Source: Chiloscyllium plagiosum
Lineage: Eukaryota
Length of the DNA stretch: 64,000 nucleotides
Direction of reading: 5' to 3'
NCBI RefSeq assembly: GCF_004010195.1
Contig: NC_057734.1
Span: forward strand, 25,032,206 to 25,096,205
Part shown: one piece after another, positions 26,601 through 39,695 of the stretch
Numbering within the stretch: position 1 is the stretch's first letter
Layout: each line of letters starts with the position of its first letter
The notes under the pieces: generated by a model
Database searches by the model: none
What the model was told of the DNA's origin: nothing
The model's input: the letters and a program-made list of their open reading frames with translations, nothing else
Made by a program: the position numbers and the translations under genes

Positions 26601-29130
26601 CATTCTATTGAAAAAACAAATCAGCAAGTAAGATCCATCCAGAATATGAGAGTAAAAGGTCAGGGACATAAAAAGAAACTGCAAGAGATGTTATAAGGAC
26701 TTTATAAGGACATTTTAAAAACAGCTAAAAGGAAACACTGGTCCCTCAAAAGTAGAAAAATAAGGAAATATTATGGAAAATTAGGAAAACCTATTCAACA
26801 AATATTTTGTCTGTCTTTGCAGTAAAATAAAATTACAAACTAGAAATACAGAATAACCAACAGGTTAAAAAGAGGAAAGAAATTAACCTGAGTAGCTAAA
26901 AATTATATTGTAGAAACCGAATTGACTGATCAACCACATCTCCAGGATCAGATCTCTGAGCCTCTATCCATTTAGAAAATAATCTACGCCACTATTCTTC
27001 TGACCAATGTGCATAACCACACAATGTCATACATTGCATTTTATCTATCTGCTACTTCTTTGCCCACTGTCCTAGCCTGTTCAAGTACTTCTGCAGCCTC
27101 ACTGTCTCAACACTACCTGTCCCACCAGCTATCTTTGTGTCCAAAGTTAAAAATCACACAACACCAGGCTATAGTCCAACAGGTTTAATTGGAAGCACCA
27201 GCTTTTGGAGCACTGCTCCTTCATCAGGTGGTTGAAGGAGTGGCACTACGAAAGCTAGTGCTTCCAATTAAACCTGTTGGACTATAACCTGACGTTGTGA
27301 GATTTTTAACTTTGTATACCCCAGTCCAACACAGGCATCTCCAAATCATATCTTTGTGTCATCTGCAAACTTAGTAACAATACCCTTGATTCCTTCATTC
27401 AGATAATTAATGCATAACGTGATTGGTTGTGATCCCAACACAGACTCCTGTGGAGCTCCACTACCTACCATCTACGATCCCGAAAGACTCCTTTATCTCC
27501 ACACTCTGGCTTCTAACAGTCAGCCAATCTTCTACCCACGCTAGTACCCTGTCATTAACACATGGACTCTAATCTTATTTAACAGCCTCCTTGCGGCACT
27601 TTGCCAAAGGCCTTCTGAAAATCCAAATAAAACACATACACTGGCTCTTCTTTGTCTAAATTGCTTGTTACCTCCTCAAAGAATTGCAACAGATTTGTCA
27701 GGGATAACTCCTCCTTGACGAAGTCCTGCTGACTCAGCTGGATTTTATCATGCCATCTCATCTTTAATAATTGACACTAAAATCTTACCAACAACCAATG
27801 TCAGGCTGACTTCATTCTCCCTCCCCTCTTAAATAGGGGCTAAACCTTAAATCTGAACAATGCACTTGGAGAATGTTGGCACAAATGGACAGTCAAGATT
27901 GCTTTATGAGAGGAAAACTCTTTGACAAATTTACTTCTGCTTTCTGAGGACTAACTGGTAGGATAGATAAAGGGGAACTAGGTATAATGGCATTCATTAA
28001 AATGTTATACAAAATTAATGCACAAGAAATCAGCTCATATACTTGAGGTTATATAGCAGTATGGGTAGAAAATTGGTTAAAAGAAAGGAAGTAGAGAATA
28101 GGGACAAAGGGGCATTTTGAAATTGGAAATCTGTAACTAGTAGAGTGCCACAAGGGTGCCCCAAGTATTTACAAACTTTGTTCATGACTTAGGTGAATAG
28201 ACAGAATAATTTACTAAAGTTTGCTTGCAATACAAGTTAAGAGGTCTGCTAGCTCTGAACACAAAGAGGCTACTCTGAGAAACAGGCAAATTAAGTGAAC
28301 TTGCTCAGATGTGGCAGATAGATTATGAAGATTATGAGGTTACTACGTTGCAGCAAAGTAGAAAAGTACACTTTTTAAAAGGCTTGGAACATGTAAAAGT
28401 TCATGTTCAAAGAGATGTGGGCATATTCACACATGGAGCATAAAGTTTGTATCTGCAAGTACAACAGGAAGACAAAAAGCATGTTGGCCTTTATTATGTT
28501 GGGGTATGAGGATTGTGTGATGTAGAAGAATAAGGAAGTCTTACTCCAAGTGACTGGGGCTTTGATGAAATCACATCTGGAGAAACTGTAGTTTTGCTCT
28601 TCTGTTTGGGCCTGTTTCTATGCTGTATGATTCTATATGCAAGGAAGGCTATATTTGTATTAAAGTTGGTATAGTGAACATTCATCAGATTGGTTCCTGT
28701 GGTGAGAGGCTTGTTCTATGGTAAGGTGACTATGCCAGGACTTTTAGTTCCTGGAGTTAAGAAGAATGAGAAGTGATCTCATTGAAACATTTGAGATTAC
28801 AATGTGGTTTGATAGCATATCCTTATCTACTCAACTTCCTAGAACAGGAGCACAGCTTCAAGATAAGGAGCTGATCATTTTGGACTGAGATGAGGAGAAA
28901 ATTCTTCACTCATGAAGTTGTGAACCTCTGGAATTCTCTACTTGAAAGTGTTGGGAATGTCCCATTATTGAATAGTTTAAGACTGTGATGGCAGAATCAA
29001 AGCATGTGGGGGGACAGGCAAGAAAATGGAGTTAAGACTGACAAACCACCATAATTATACTAAATACTGTAGCAGGTTCAAGAACATATATATGGTCTAC
29101 ACTTGCTTCTATTTCATATATTATGTCCTA
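23700..29130. mobile_element. Cluster of nested CR1 LINE fragments in both orientations
   Basis: Repeated RT/APE motifs ([45 protein letters not shown]) on alternating strands. Confidence 0.85.
27142..27348. mobile_element. Palindromic Penelope-derived element, family B, inserted in a CR1
   Basis: Inverted arms of about 80 bp around 27228; 12-bp TSD TATCTTTGTGTC 27130-27141/27349-27360; minus core CTGATGAAGGAGCAGTGCTCCAAAAGC. Confidence 0.85.
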
Positions 29131-29465
29131 ATAAATATCAATTTAATTGTTCAGTGCTCTGAGAGTGAAGTCATTACAGTTTAAACAAAATGGTGAATGT
29201 TTCTTTACTTCACTTTAATTATATTATTGGCATTTACAGCAATCAAAGTTTTATTTTCTGCACTGTCATCTTAACTGAAGCAATTCCTGGATTTGCTTAG
29301 AATACGTATCATGTTAATGATAAATTGTACTTGAGAACTATTCTTTATAACTAGATTTAACCTGAATGTTATTTCCATGAATTTTAAACAGAATCTATAT
29401 ATATCTCATGTAAATACAGTATGGAAGAGCTGTTCTGACACATTAATTCAATAAGATATACCTAC

Positions 29466-29981
29466 CTGTAGATCTGTAATAGACACTCTATGAGATTCCA
29501 CTGTTGGGCGACGAGGCAACCGAGGAGAAGAATGTGGCGATGTAATTGGAGAATATGGCAAAGAAGGATATATATAACGTCCATTAATGGCTGAACTGCT
29601 GGCAGATGACTGAGTTAAATTGGACTTTTCTTGAAGAGATAGCTTCCGATTGGACATACTTAGTTTTATTCTAGGTTGTCGAATATCTTCAGATTGAGCT
29701 CTTTCTAATCTTCCCAAAGCCTTATCGCATGATGATCTGTCCAATTCATTATTCTCTTGCATAGGTTCATCTTCAGGTATTCCTTCCCCATTTTGTCCTA
29801 GGTCGCTGCCTGTGGTACTCTGGTCATATTCAGTCACGATGATGAAAGACTCCATGCCTAAGTCAATAGTTAGGGATGACAGACTACAACTAATATCTGA
29901 CTGCTCCTTGTTGTTAGCACATGGCTCATTTCTGCTTGCAGGCCTTTTGGCAGCAGATCTGCTTGTGACACATGATGACAT
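29466..29981 (-). CDS. CAMKK2: CaM-kinase kinase 2, first coding exon (172 codons; N-terminal regulatory region)
   Basis: MSSCV...LGMESFIIVTE...RKLSLQE...PSLPYSPITSPHSSPRLPRRPTVESHRVSITDLQ matches the CAMKK2 (not CAMKK1) N-terminus; donor CAG|gtagg at 29465; upstream acceptor tttttttctatag| puts the exon start at 30033. Confidence 0.96.
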
Positions 29982-31039
29982 GGTGCTTCACCTTGCTTTA
30001 TCCACATGGATAGGTCACGTGACCTTGAGGTTCCTATAGAAAAAAAATGTAACATACAAACTGGTTAAAATAAACATCTTAATTACATGAATGCACAGAT
30101 GAATTTCCAATGAGTACATAAAACCATGAGTAAAGACTTAAACATCCAGCTACTACAAATTCAGGTGATCAACAAAATAGATTTGGAATCTGCAGTGTTA
30201 AGTATTTACCATCTATACTATATGCCATAAATCCTTTGCAAGCCTTTCTTGAGCAACCTTCATAGAAATATAAAAGAAAAATGAGTAGGCCATCCAGCCC
30301 TTCAAACCCACTCCGCCATTCAATTTGATCAGCTAACTCAGTACCCTGTTCCCACTTTCTCCTATCCCTTTGATCCCTTCTGCCCTAGAATTACATCCAA
30401 CTCCTTTTAGAAAACATTCAATGCTTTGGCTCAAAAGCTATCTGTGATAGACTTGCCAATGCAAAACCTGTACAGTACCAGGATGTAAAATGTAGAAACA
30501 CAGCATCAGTGCTAAAATGGTAATTTTAAAATCTTTAATCCATTCTCTCCGGCACATTAACTACTATTAAGTTAACCATTAATTTTTGAAAATTGCAATA
30601 CGAATATATTAAAGGAAGTCTTTAGAAAATAATTGATGTACACATTTTTAGAAATGCAGAAGCTCTTAATTTAAAATTAAAGATCTTGAAATAAATTATT
30701 GATATATCTTGTGATATAGTTTATTCTTTCTAGTCTGGCAACAATTTCCATAACTTTATGTTTCAAAATTCTCAATCATGAACCATGGCCATATATCATG
30801 AACCAGGGAATATATCACCATAGTGTGGAGTGGGAAAGTGGAGGAGTAGCAGCGATGCTCAAAAAGATCAAATCGTTTAGCATTGATGCTTTGGCCTTTC
30901 TGTTAATCTCCGGAAAAGTGTAGACTATCTGTTTTGGCTCCTACAATCAAGTACCCTGATAACTCAATGCCTGTTTTCACGTATTAAGCATGATTATGGG
31001 TAAGGTACCAGGGGATACCTGGCATTCTTATCCCAGTAC

Positions 31040-31570
31040 AACAGCTTACACTTACATAGGACTGCTGATGAATTAAAACAATTCAAGGTGTTTCACAGCA
31101 GCATTACCAAACAAAACCTGACACCAAGCTGCATAAGGCATTGATAAAATTACCAAAAGCTTAGTAAAAGACGTTTGGTCGAAGATGCTTCTTTCATGGG
31201 CTGTCTTAAAGGAACAAAGGCAAGTAGCAATGCAAAGGAGTTTAAGAAAGGAGTTCTAAAGCTTAGGGCCTCAAAAACTTAAGGCACTTGCCATTAGTGG
31301 AGTAATTTAAAAAAGGGATGCACAGAACATTTTAGAAGTGCAGATCTCAGGGGTTTTAGGAGGTTACAGTGATATGCAAATACCAGGTCATATAGCAGTT
31401 TGAAACCTAGGATGAGGATTCTGAAATTGAATTTTACATAACCAAGAACCAAAGTAGATCAGCAAGAAGGGAAATGATGAATGATGTGAGATAAGACTTA
31501 GAGCAAGATAGTTGAGTTAGGAAAATGGGAAGCTTGTGAAAAGTGCATTAGAACAATCAAGTCTCATAGT
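31040..31570 (-). mobile_element. Old L2-type LINE 3' fragment
   Basis: Decayed L2-like 3' end pattern. Confidence 0.45.
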
Positions 31571-32994
31571 AATATAATACTATAGCAGCCAACATCTTCA
31601 GTACAATAAAATAAACAAATTGCATGCCTTAAAAACATAACTGCTCTCTCAGCAACATTCTCTCTTCTTTTGCATATGGTATCAAGCGCTTATTGGGATA
31701 AGTTGTATGGTTCACAAAGTGAATGCTAGAAGTCATCAACCACAAGAAATTTACAATCATCAATTTGAATACAACTTGGAAGTCAATTGGCAAAGTAGCC
31801 ATAAACATATTTGAATAATTTGCATGCTAAAACTAGATTCCTGGACATTAACTGAAGAAAAAAAAACTATATGACTGCAGACATTTGCCAAAAAGAAACC
31901 AATTACAGCCAGGTGAACAGGAGCTTTAGCTTGGGGACACGAGTGATCCTTTATACAGGTTTGTGTCTCTGTAAGGTTGTCATTGGGTTAAAACAGTACA
32001 ATCTATCTTTCGGAAATTTGATTACGCATGAAAAAAATTGTGTTGGAGCTTTTGCGCCCTTTTTCAGCAATACTCAAGTTTTGTACCATAAAATTACTGT
32101 TCATGATTTCTGTGGTGAGACCATTTCAGATAGCTCTTGTACAGCATGACATTGTTTGTGTTTTTTCTTTTATGGAGTAAACTATTTTTTGTTTTTTTTT
32201 CTAAAAGTACACACACAGTTTCTTGGGAATATGTTCAGTGACTGGCCTCTATGGTAAACAAATAGAAAAATAAACTTATAGTCTATCAAGTCAGGTCTCA
32301 TTCTGGGAAAATATATTCTAATGAACTTGTTCAGATACATTGTGACCCACCTGTTGAGCAGGTGGGACTTGAACTTGGATAGAGATAATGACACTGTACT
32401 CTCGGGTTGGACTTGTCTGTATTACGATCAGCTGGGATCATTTAACACTGATCATTTGCTTAAAATAGACCACAATGAGTTATTGTGTCATCTTATCAAA
32501 CCCAAATGCATTACTTGAGTAAAAATTATTGATGTTTAATCTGCAAGCTCCACAAAGACATTTTCAAAATGGAGTTTGAAGGGATGGAAAATTCAGGAGA
32601 CAAATAAAAAGAATATTTTTAAGTACCTTAGATTGACTTACCAAATGACTTTAAAAGTAGAATGATTAGGAACATTTGGGGGATTACTTAACTGTGGTAG
32701 TGAACAGGCATTATCAGATATAGAGGAAAAACAGTACACTGTATATAGAATTATATTACGACCTTATAAAATTGAAGTCTAGATGTGCCATCTGGCCCTT
32801 CTAATCTTTTTTGCCTTTCTGGAAAATAAGTCATGATTGTCCACATTACCTCCACCTTCCTGTGCTAGACCATATCCCTCATTTATAATAGTTTCTCCTT
32901 ACTTCTTTCATCTTGGGAAAAAGCTTTCTTCCAGAAAGAAATTATTGCTGATTTTTTCAATCCATGAATGTATTAAAGTTTTGAAGTTCACATT

Positions 32995-34242
32995 GTCACA
33001 AGACAAAGGAGAGCCAATGGACATGATTCACTTGGATTTCCAGTGGGCCCTTGACAAGGGACAGCAAAAAAGGTAGATAAATAAGATAACAGCCCATGGC
33101 TTTAGGGGCATGGAGAAAGGATTGGCTGACTGGCAGAATAGAAAGATTGGAGATAAAGGAGTTTTTTTTCAGGATGGCAGCCAGTGAACTACTGGAGCTC
33201 CACAGGGGAAGGGTTGGGATCACAATTATTCACATCATACAGTCATGATCTGAATGAAGAAACTGATGTATTTTTGCCAAGCCTGAGATGACACAATGAC
33301 AGATGGACAGACAGGGAAGTTGCAGGAGGACCTGGACAGGCTAGAAGAGTGGGTAAAAAATGGCAGATGGAATACAGTGTGGGAATGTGAGAGGCTATGC
33401 ACTTTGGTTGGAAGAAGAGGTGTAGACTATTTTCTAATTGGGGAAAGACTTCAGAAATCTGAAGCACAAAGGGACTGGAGACTCCTAGTTCAGGATTCTT
33501 TTAAGGTTAACATGTACATTCAGCTAGGAAGGCAAATGCAATGTTGGCATTCATTGAGGGAGCTAGAATGCAGGAGCAGCTGAGGCTGCATAAGGTTCTG
33601 GTCAGAGCCCAATTGCAATATAATGAGTAGTATTTGGTCATGTCGAAGGAAAAATGTGCTGGCATTGGAGGGGTCCAGAGGAGGTATACAAGAATAAAAG
33701 GCTTATCATTGAAGGAATGTTGGTCATATGAGGAGTGGTGAAGAAATCTGAGTTTGTATTCAATTGAATTTAGAATGACCTAGAGTGGTCACGGACAAGG
33801 TAATTTCACTAGTCGAAGACTAGGTCCTAAGGGCGTGGCCTCAGTGAAGGGACGGCCATTTAGAACTGAGATGAGGAGGAATTTCTTCAGCCAGGTGGTG
33901 GTGAACCTGTGGGACTCATTACTCAGAAGGCTAACTTGGTCAAGTCATTAAGTGCCTTTAAGTCATAGAGTTAGATAGGTTCTTGATTAGTACATGGATA
34001 AGGGCTCCGAGGAGAAGGCTGCATTCTGTCCTATTATGATGCATTTATGCGAGATAAGATTTATCTGGATGGAATGTAAAACAATACTTTTCACTGTATC
34101 TCAGTTTGTGTGACAATAATAAATCTAAATCAAATCAAGAGACTGATGAATGGGGTTGAGAAACATATCAACTACGAGTGAATAGTAGAGCAGATGTGAT
34201 GGGCTAAAAGGCCTAATTCTACTCCTATATTTAAGGTCTTAT
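32995..34242 (+). mobile_element. CR1 LINE 3' portion, decayed, with a short nested LINE tail (34025-34138)
   Basis: DKGEPMDMIHLDFQ, LQEDLDRLEEW motifs and 3'UTR. Confidence 0.85.
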
Positions 34243-34350
34243 AGCAGATTCTTGGTTCATGGTATGTTACTGCTTCACTCTGGCAACCTTGAAAATTTTA
34301 TGTCATTGGTGATTTGCCATTGCTTTCCAGGTGCCAAGTCCATCTGAACT

Positions 34351-34572
34351 GGAGCAAATTACTGCAGATGCTGGAATCTATACTGAAAACAAAAAATGCT
34401 GGGAATCACAGTGGGTCAGGCAGCATGTAGAGAAAGCAAGCCAACATTTTGAGTCTACATGATGCTTCATCAGAGCTCTGATGAAGAGTCATTTGTACTT
34501 AAAGTGTTAGTTTGCTCCCTCTCCACAGATGCTGCTTGACCCGCTGTGATTCCCAGCATTTTTTGTTTTCAT
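34351..34572. mobile_element. Palindromic Penelope-derived element, family C
   Basis: Arms of about 95 bp around the perfect 22-bp centre CTTCATCAGAGCTCTGATGAAG (34465-34486); decayed CTGATGA AGAGTC...GACTC GAAAC cores on both strands. Confidence 0.78.
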
Positions 34573-36974
34573 TATTTGAGCTGGAATGTGAATCTGGCTC
34601 ACTGTTGGTGTTATTCTAAATCACATGCTAACTATGCAGGCAACTAAGCTAACTGTTCCCTTAATTCATGTACAGACATGTGTTCGGATTATCAACATTC
34701 TCAACCTTTACCATGTTTCCTACCAGAGTGGATACTTCATACTTCACCAAATTATATTCCCTTTTCCATATTCTTATCTACTCATTTAACTTGTTTATAA
34801 TCCTTTGTAAGCCTCTTTGCATCCTATTCACACGTTACATTCCATCCAACTTTGTGCCAATAGAAGAGTTGGATCCACTACACTTGGTCCCCTCATTCAA
34901 ATCATTTTAAATCGCCAAGTCCAAACGCTGATCTTTCAGTCATCTTTCAAGTTACAGATTTTTAAATTAACAATATAATCTATTCCGACTGTTGCTTTCT
35001 GTTAACTAATGCTTAATTCATATAAATTGATTCAAATGAATGCACAAAGTAGGAACTGGGGTTGACCATATGGACCACTGAGCCTGCTCCATCATTTTAC
35101 CTGACTGAACTGCTTGTATTTCAAATTCCATATTTCATCTACTTCTGATAACCTTGGATTTTCTTGCCTTACAAGAAAATATCTATCTCTGCCTCAATAA
35201 CATTGCTCCCACTGCCTTGTGACTCGTGCTTGAACACTAAGATCCCTCTGCACCTCAAAATTCTGCAGTTGTTCTCCAACTAAGTAATTTAGTTATTCCT
35301 GCCAAAGCAAATAACTTCACATTTTCCCATATTATACTTTATCTGCCAGACTTCTGCCCATTCAATCAATATATCTAAAGACATCTGAAGTATCCTTATC
35401 CTTCTTCCCAACATATGTTCTTACCTCTGTGGGTATTATCTTTGAATTTAGCTACCATGTCTTCCCTTTTCTTAGTTGAATTATTGATGTAAATTGTAAG
35501 TAGATTGAAGCCCCTGCAGAGGTTCCTTCAGGCCTCCATTTATCATGCTCTGCCAATCAATCAAAGACTTATTTATTTATTATTTATGTTTTCTGTCAGC
35601 CTGCGAAAAATGTGACAATGCTAATGAATTACCCCCAGCATTTATTTTCATCAATAACCTGTGATGTGGCACATAATAACATAAGAAATAGGAATAGTGG
35701 GCCATCTGGCCTGTCAAGCCTGCTTCACCATTCAATAACATCATGGCTTATCTTTTCGTGGACTCATCTCCATTTACCCATCCGCTCACCATAACCCTTA
35801 ATTCCTTTACTGTTCAAAAATATGTCTTTGCCTTAAAAATATTCAATGAATTAGCCTCAACTGCTTCACTGGCCAGGGAATTTCACAAATTCACAACCCT
35901 TTGGATGAAGACGCTTCTCCTCAACTCAGTCCTAAATTCCAATGAGTACTTTCCCAGTCTACTCAATCTCTCCTCATAAGCCAACCCTCTCAATTTTGGA
36001 ATCAACCTCCTCTGCACCCCCTCCAGTGCCAGTACATCCTTTCTCAAGGAGGCCAAAACTGTACACAGTACTGCAGATGTGGTCTCACTAGCTATACAAC
36101 TGCAGCATAAACTCATTTTTAAACTCCATCCCTCTATCAATGAAGGACAACATTCTATTTGCCTTCTTAATTAATTGCTGCATCTGCAAACTAACATTTT
36201 ATAATTCATGCACAAGGACTGACATCAGTGGTGGGCAAGTTATTGGAGGGGATTTTGAGGGACAAAATTTACATGTATTTGGAAAGTCAAGGACTGATTA
36301 GGGATAGTCAACATGGCTTTGTGCATGGGATATCATGTCTCACTAACTTGATTGAGTTTTAAAGAAGTAACAAAGAGGATTGATGAGTGCAAAGCGGTGG
36401 ACGGTAACTAAATGGATTTCAGTAAGGCGTTTGAATGGTTAACAAGGTTAGATCTTATGGAATATGGAGTGAACTAGCCATTTGGATAAAGACATTGGCT
36501 TGAAGAAAGGAGACAGCGGGTGGTAGTGGAAGGTTGCTTTTTAGATTGGAGGCCTGTGACTAGCGGTGTGCCGCAATGTACGGTGCTGGGTCCACTACTT
36601 TTTGTCCTTTATATAAATGATTTGGGTGTGGATATAGAAGGTATGGTTAGGAAGTTTGCAGATGACACCAAAATTGGTGGTGTAGTGGACAGCAAAGTAG
36701 GCTACTTCAAGGTGCAACAGGACCTTGATCAGATGGGCCGATGGACCAAGGAGTGGCAGATGGAGTTTAATTTAGATAAATATGAAATGCTAGATTTTGG
36801 TAGAGTAAATCAGGGCAGGACTTCGACACTTAATAGTAAGGTCCTGGGGAGTGTTGCTGAAGAAAGAAACCTTGGAGTGCAGATTCATAGTTCCTTGAAA
36901 ATGGATTCACAGGTAGATAGAGTAGTGAAGGCGGCGTTTGGTACACTTGCTTTTATTGGTCAGTGCATTGAGTA

Positions 36975-37229
36975 TAGAGGAACCTCAATTATCTGAATAT
37001 CGGACTATCTGAAGGAAATCTCGAGGTTCTGATAGAAACATTACATCAAAGATGTGTTTCCAACACTGATTGCGCACCGCGTGCAGCTGCCTTGTCTCCT
37101 GAATAGGGAGTGAACTTAGCAGAAAACTCCAAGCTCAAGAGGAAAGGTATTGAATCAATTAACCGAATAATCAATTATCCGAACGAAATTGTGCCTGCCC
37201 ACCTTGTTCGGATAATTGACATTCCTCCT
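36975..37229. mobile_element. Tc1/mariner (Tigger-like) MITE inserted at TA in a CR1
   Basis: Imperfect TIRs AGAGGAACCTCAATTATCTGAA / TTCGGATAATTGACATTCCTCCT; interrupts the CR1 frame (CIEY|TSWEVML). Confidence 0.75.
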
Positions 37230-37456
37230 TATACGAGTTGGGAGGTCATGTTACGACTGTACGTGACCTTGGTTAGGCCACTTTTGAAATACTGCATTCA
37301 ATTCTGGTCTCCCTGCTGTAGGAAGGAAGGATGTTGTTAAACTTGAAAGGCTTCAGAAAAGATTTACAATGATGTTGTCAGGGTTAGAGGGTTAGAGCTA
37401 TAAGGACAGGCTGAACAGGCTGGGGATATTTTCCCCAGAGCACTGAAACCTTACAT

Positions 37457-38063
37457 CATGATGATGCTGCTCCTTCAACAAGGTTATGTTGTCCTTGATT
37501 CTTCTTTTTAGAGAGATCATAAAAGACACAGACTCCGAAAAGTCTAAGTTGAAGGACTTTAGGGCCAGTTTGATTATAGCTAACAGATACTGCCTCAGGC
37601 AAAAGGCTTTACAGTTTTCAAAAAAAAAATGAAAGGGGAGTGACCAGTTCTCCAAGCTCAGCTTTTCTTTGGTTGGGTTCCGATTTGGCACAGTAGTGTT
37701 TTGATGCTGCTGGACCCAAAAAAGCAGGTGCATGCTGGTACTCTCTTGCTGACATCTCTCCTATAAGACCAGTGTTTGTGCCAAGGGGTGCTTATGGTGT
37801 TTGTTTCAAGTATTTGGAACAGCATCATTAAGTTGGGATGATCTGTTGGGTTTTTGGATAGGTTAAGTTATTCAGTATTCTGTTCTCTTTTGTGTTTCAC
37901 TCAGTAATCTTGTAAATAAATTGTTTTGTTTAAAACCACATGGTTTGACCAACTTCACCCCTCTTGAAATATCCGCGTTACATCTGCTTGAAACAACTAG
38001 CAAAGGTAGGGTCTGGGCTACTTTCTTCAAATGTTTTGAGGGGGTCTGGCTTAGTCCATAACA
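37457..38063 (+). mobile_element. Solo LTR (same family as 45454-46056, opposite orientation)
   Basis: Ends ...TCCATAACA, AATAAA near 37915; reverse-complement similarity to the 45454 copy. Confidence 0.7.
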
Positions 38064-38532
38064 ATATAAACTTATGGGGGGTATGGATAGGGTCTTTTCC
38101 CTAGGATAGGAGAGTCCAAAACTAGACTAGAAGGCATGGGTTTAAGGTCAGAGGGGAAAGATTTAAAAGGGACATAAGCAGCAATATTTTCACGCAGACG
38201 GTGGTGCTTAAAGGGAATGAACTGTCACAGGAAATTGTGGAGACTAGTACAATTACAACATTTAAAAGTTATCTGAATGGGGATATGAATAAAGGAGGGT
38301 TTAGAGGAATATGGGCCAGATGCTAACAAATGGGGCTGAATTAATTTAGAATATCTGGTTGGCATGGAGAAGATGGACCAAGGAGTCTGCTTCTGCGCTG
38401 TACATCTCTATGACTTCATGACACTGAGGTCCATCTGCACAGCAGCAAGCTGCACTTCTCACCTTTTAAGTAATAGTCCATTTTGCCGTTATTTCTACCA
38501 AAATGGATGACCTCAAATTCACCAACATCATA

Positions 38533-38749
38533 CAATCTGTTCTGATATATGTGATAGTTCTGTTCCTGTGTGATCCAGTGTTATGAGAAAATTGTGTAAT
38601 AGCAGCACATTTAAACCATTGGGACCAGAATCGCATTATAGCCAATACAGGTAAGGAAAATTTGTGTCTTACATATAATGGTCTAAATTCTTCAATTGCA
38701 TTATAGCCAATTCACATTGAAGAAACACACATTATAGCATAACCGACTT
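38533..38749. mobile_element. Tc1/mariner-type MITE
   Basis: TA-flanked imperfect TIRs CAATCTGTTCTGATATA / TATAGCATAACCGACT. Confidence 0.6.
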
Positions 38750-39547
38750 ACTCCATCTGCCAGATCCTTGTCAACTCATCTATTTATATCCCTCTGCAGA
38801 CTTTCAGTGTGCTATGCAAACTATGCTCTACCACTCATCTTGTGTCATCTGCGATTTTTGACACACTACACTTGGTGCCCAACTCTAAGTCATCTACGTA
38901 AATTGTAAACAACTACGGTTTCAACACTGATCCTGGAGGTACACCATTAGCCACTGATGGCCAACCGGATAAACACCCATTTATCCCCAGTCTTTGCTTT
39001 CTGTTCATTAACCTACCTTCCATCCATGCTAATACATTAGCCGTAACATTGTGCACCTTTATCTTATAACAGTCTTTTGAGCACCACCTTGTCGAATGGC
39101 TTCTGGATATTCAGATACAGCACATCCACCGGTTCCCTGTTGTCCACTATATTCCTAATGCCCTCTAAGAATTCCAGTAAATTAAACATGACTGTATTTC
39201 ATGAACCCACGCTGTGTTTGCCCAATGGGACAATTTCTATCCTGATGACTTGCTATTTCTTCCTTGATTATAAATTCGAGCATTTCCCCCACTGTCAATG
39301 TAAAGCTAACAGGCTTATAGTTACCTGCCTTTTGTCTGCCTTCTTTTTTTAAACAGTGGCATCACATTTGCTGTTTTCCAATCTGCCTGTACCACCCCAG
39401 AGTCCAGCGAATTTTGGTAAATTGTGAGAGTATTTGCTATTTCCACCACTATCTCTTTTAGTACACTGGGATGTATTCCATCAGGACCAGGAGACTTGTC
39501 TACCTTTATCCCCATTAGCTTGCCCAACTCTACCTCTTTAGTGATAA

Positions 39548-39695
39548 AGTTAAAAATCACATAACACCAGGTGATTTGATGAAGGAGCATCGCTCCGAAA
39601 GCTAGCGTGCTTCCAATTAAACCTGTTGGACTATAACCTGGTGTTGTGTGATTTTTTAACTTTATACACCCCAGTCCAACACCGGCATCTCCGAA
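39548..39695. mobile_element. Penelope-derived family B element with short inverted 5' arm, inserted in a CR1
   Basis: TTGATGAAGGAGCATCGCTCCGAAAGCTAGCGTGCTTCC; 13-bp TSD TCTTTAGTGATAA 39535-39547/39696-39708. Confidence 0.82.

Noticed and set aside
29448-29981. CAMKK1 assignment, or a single-exon 177-aa gene
   Set aside because: The N-terminus is CAMKK2-type and the last five ORF residues lie past a splice donor that joins in frame to 15709.
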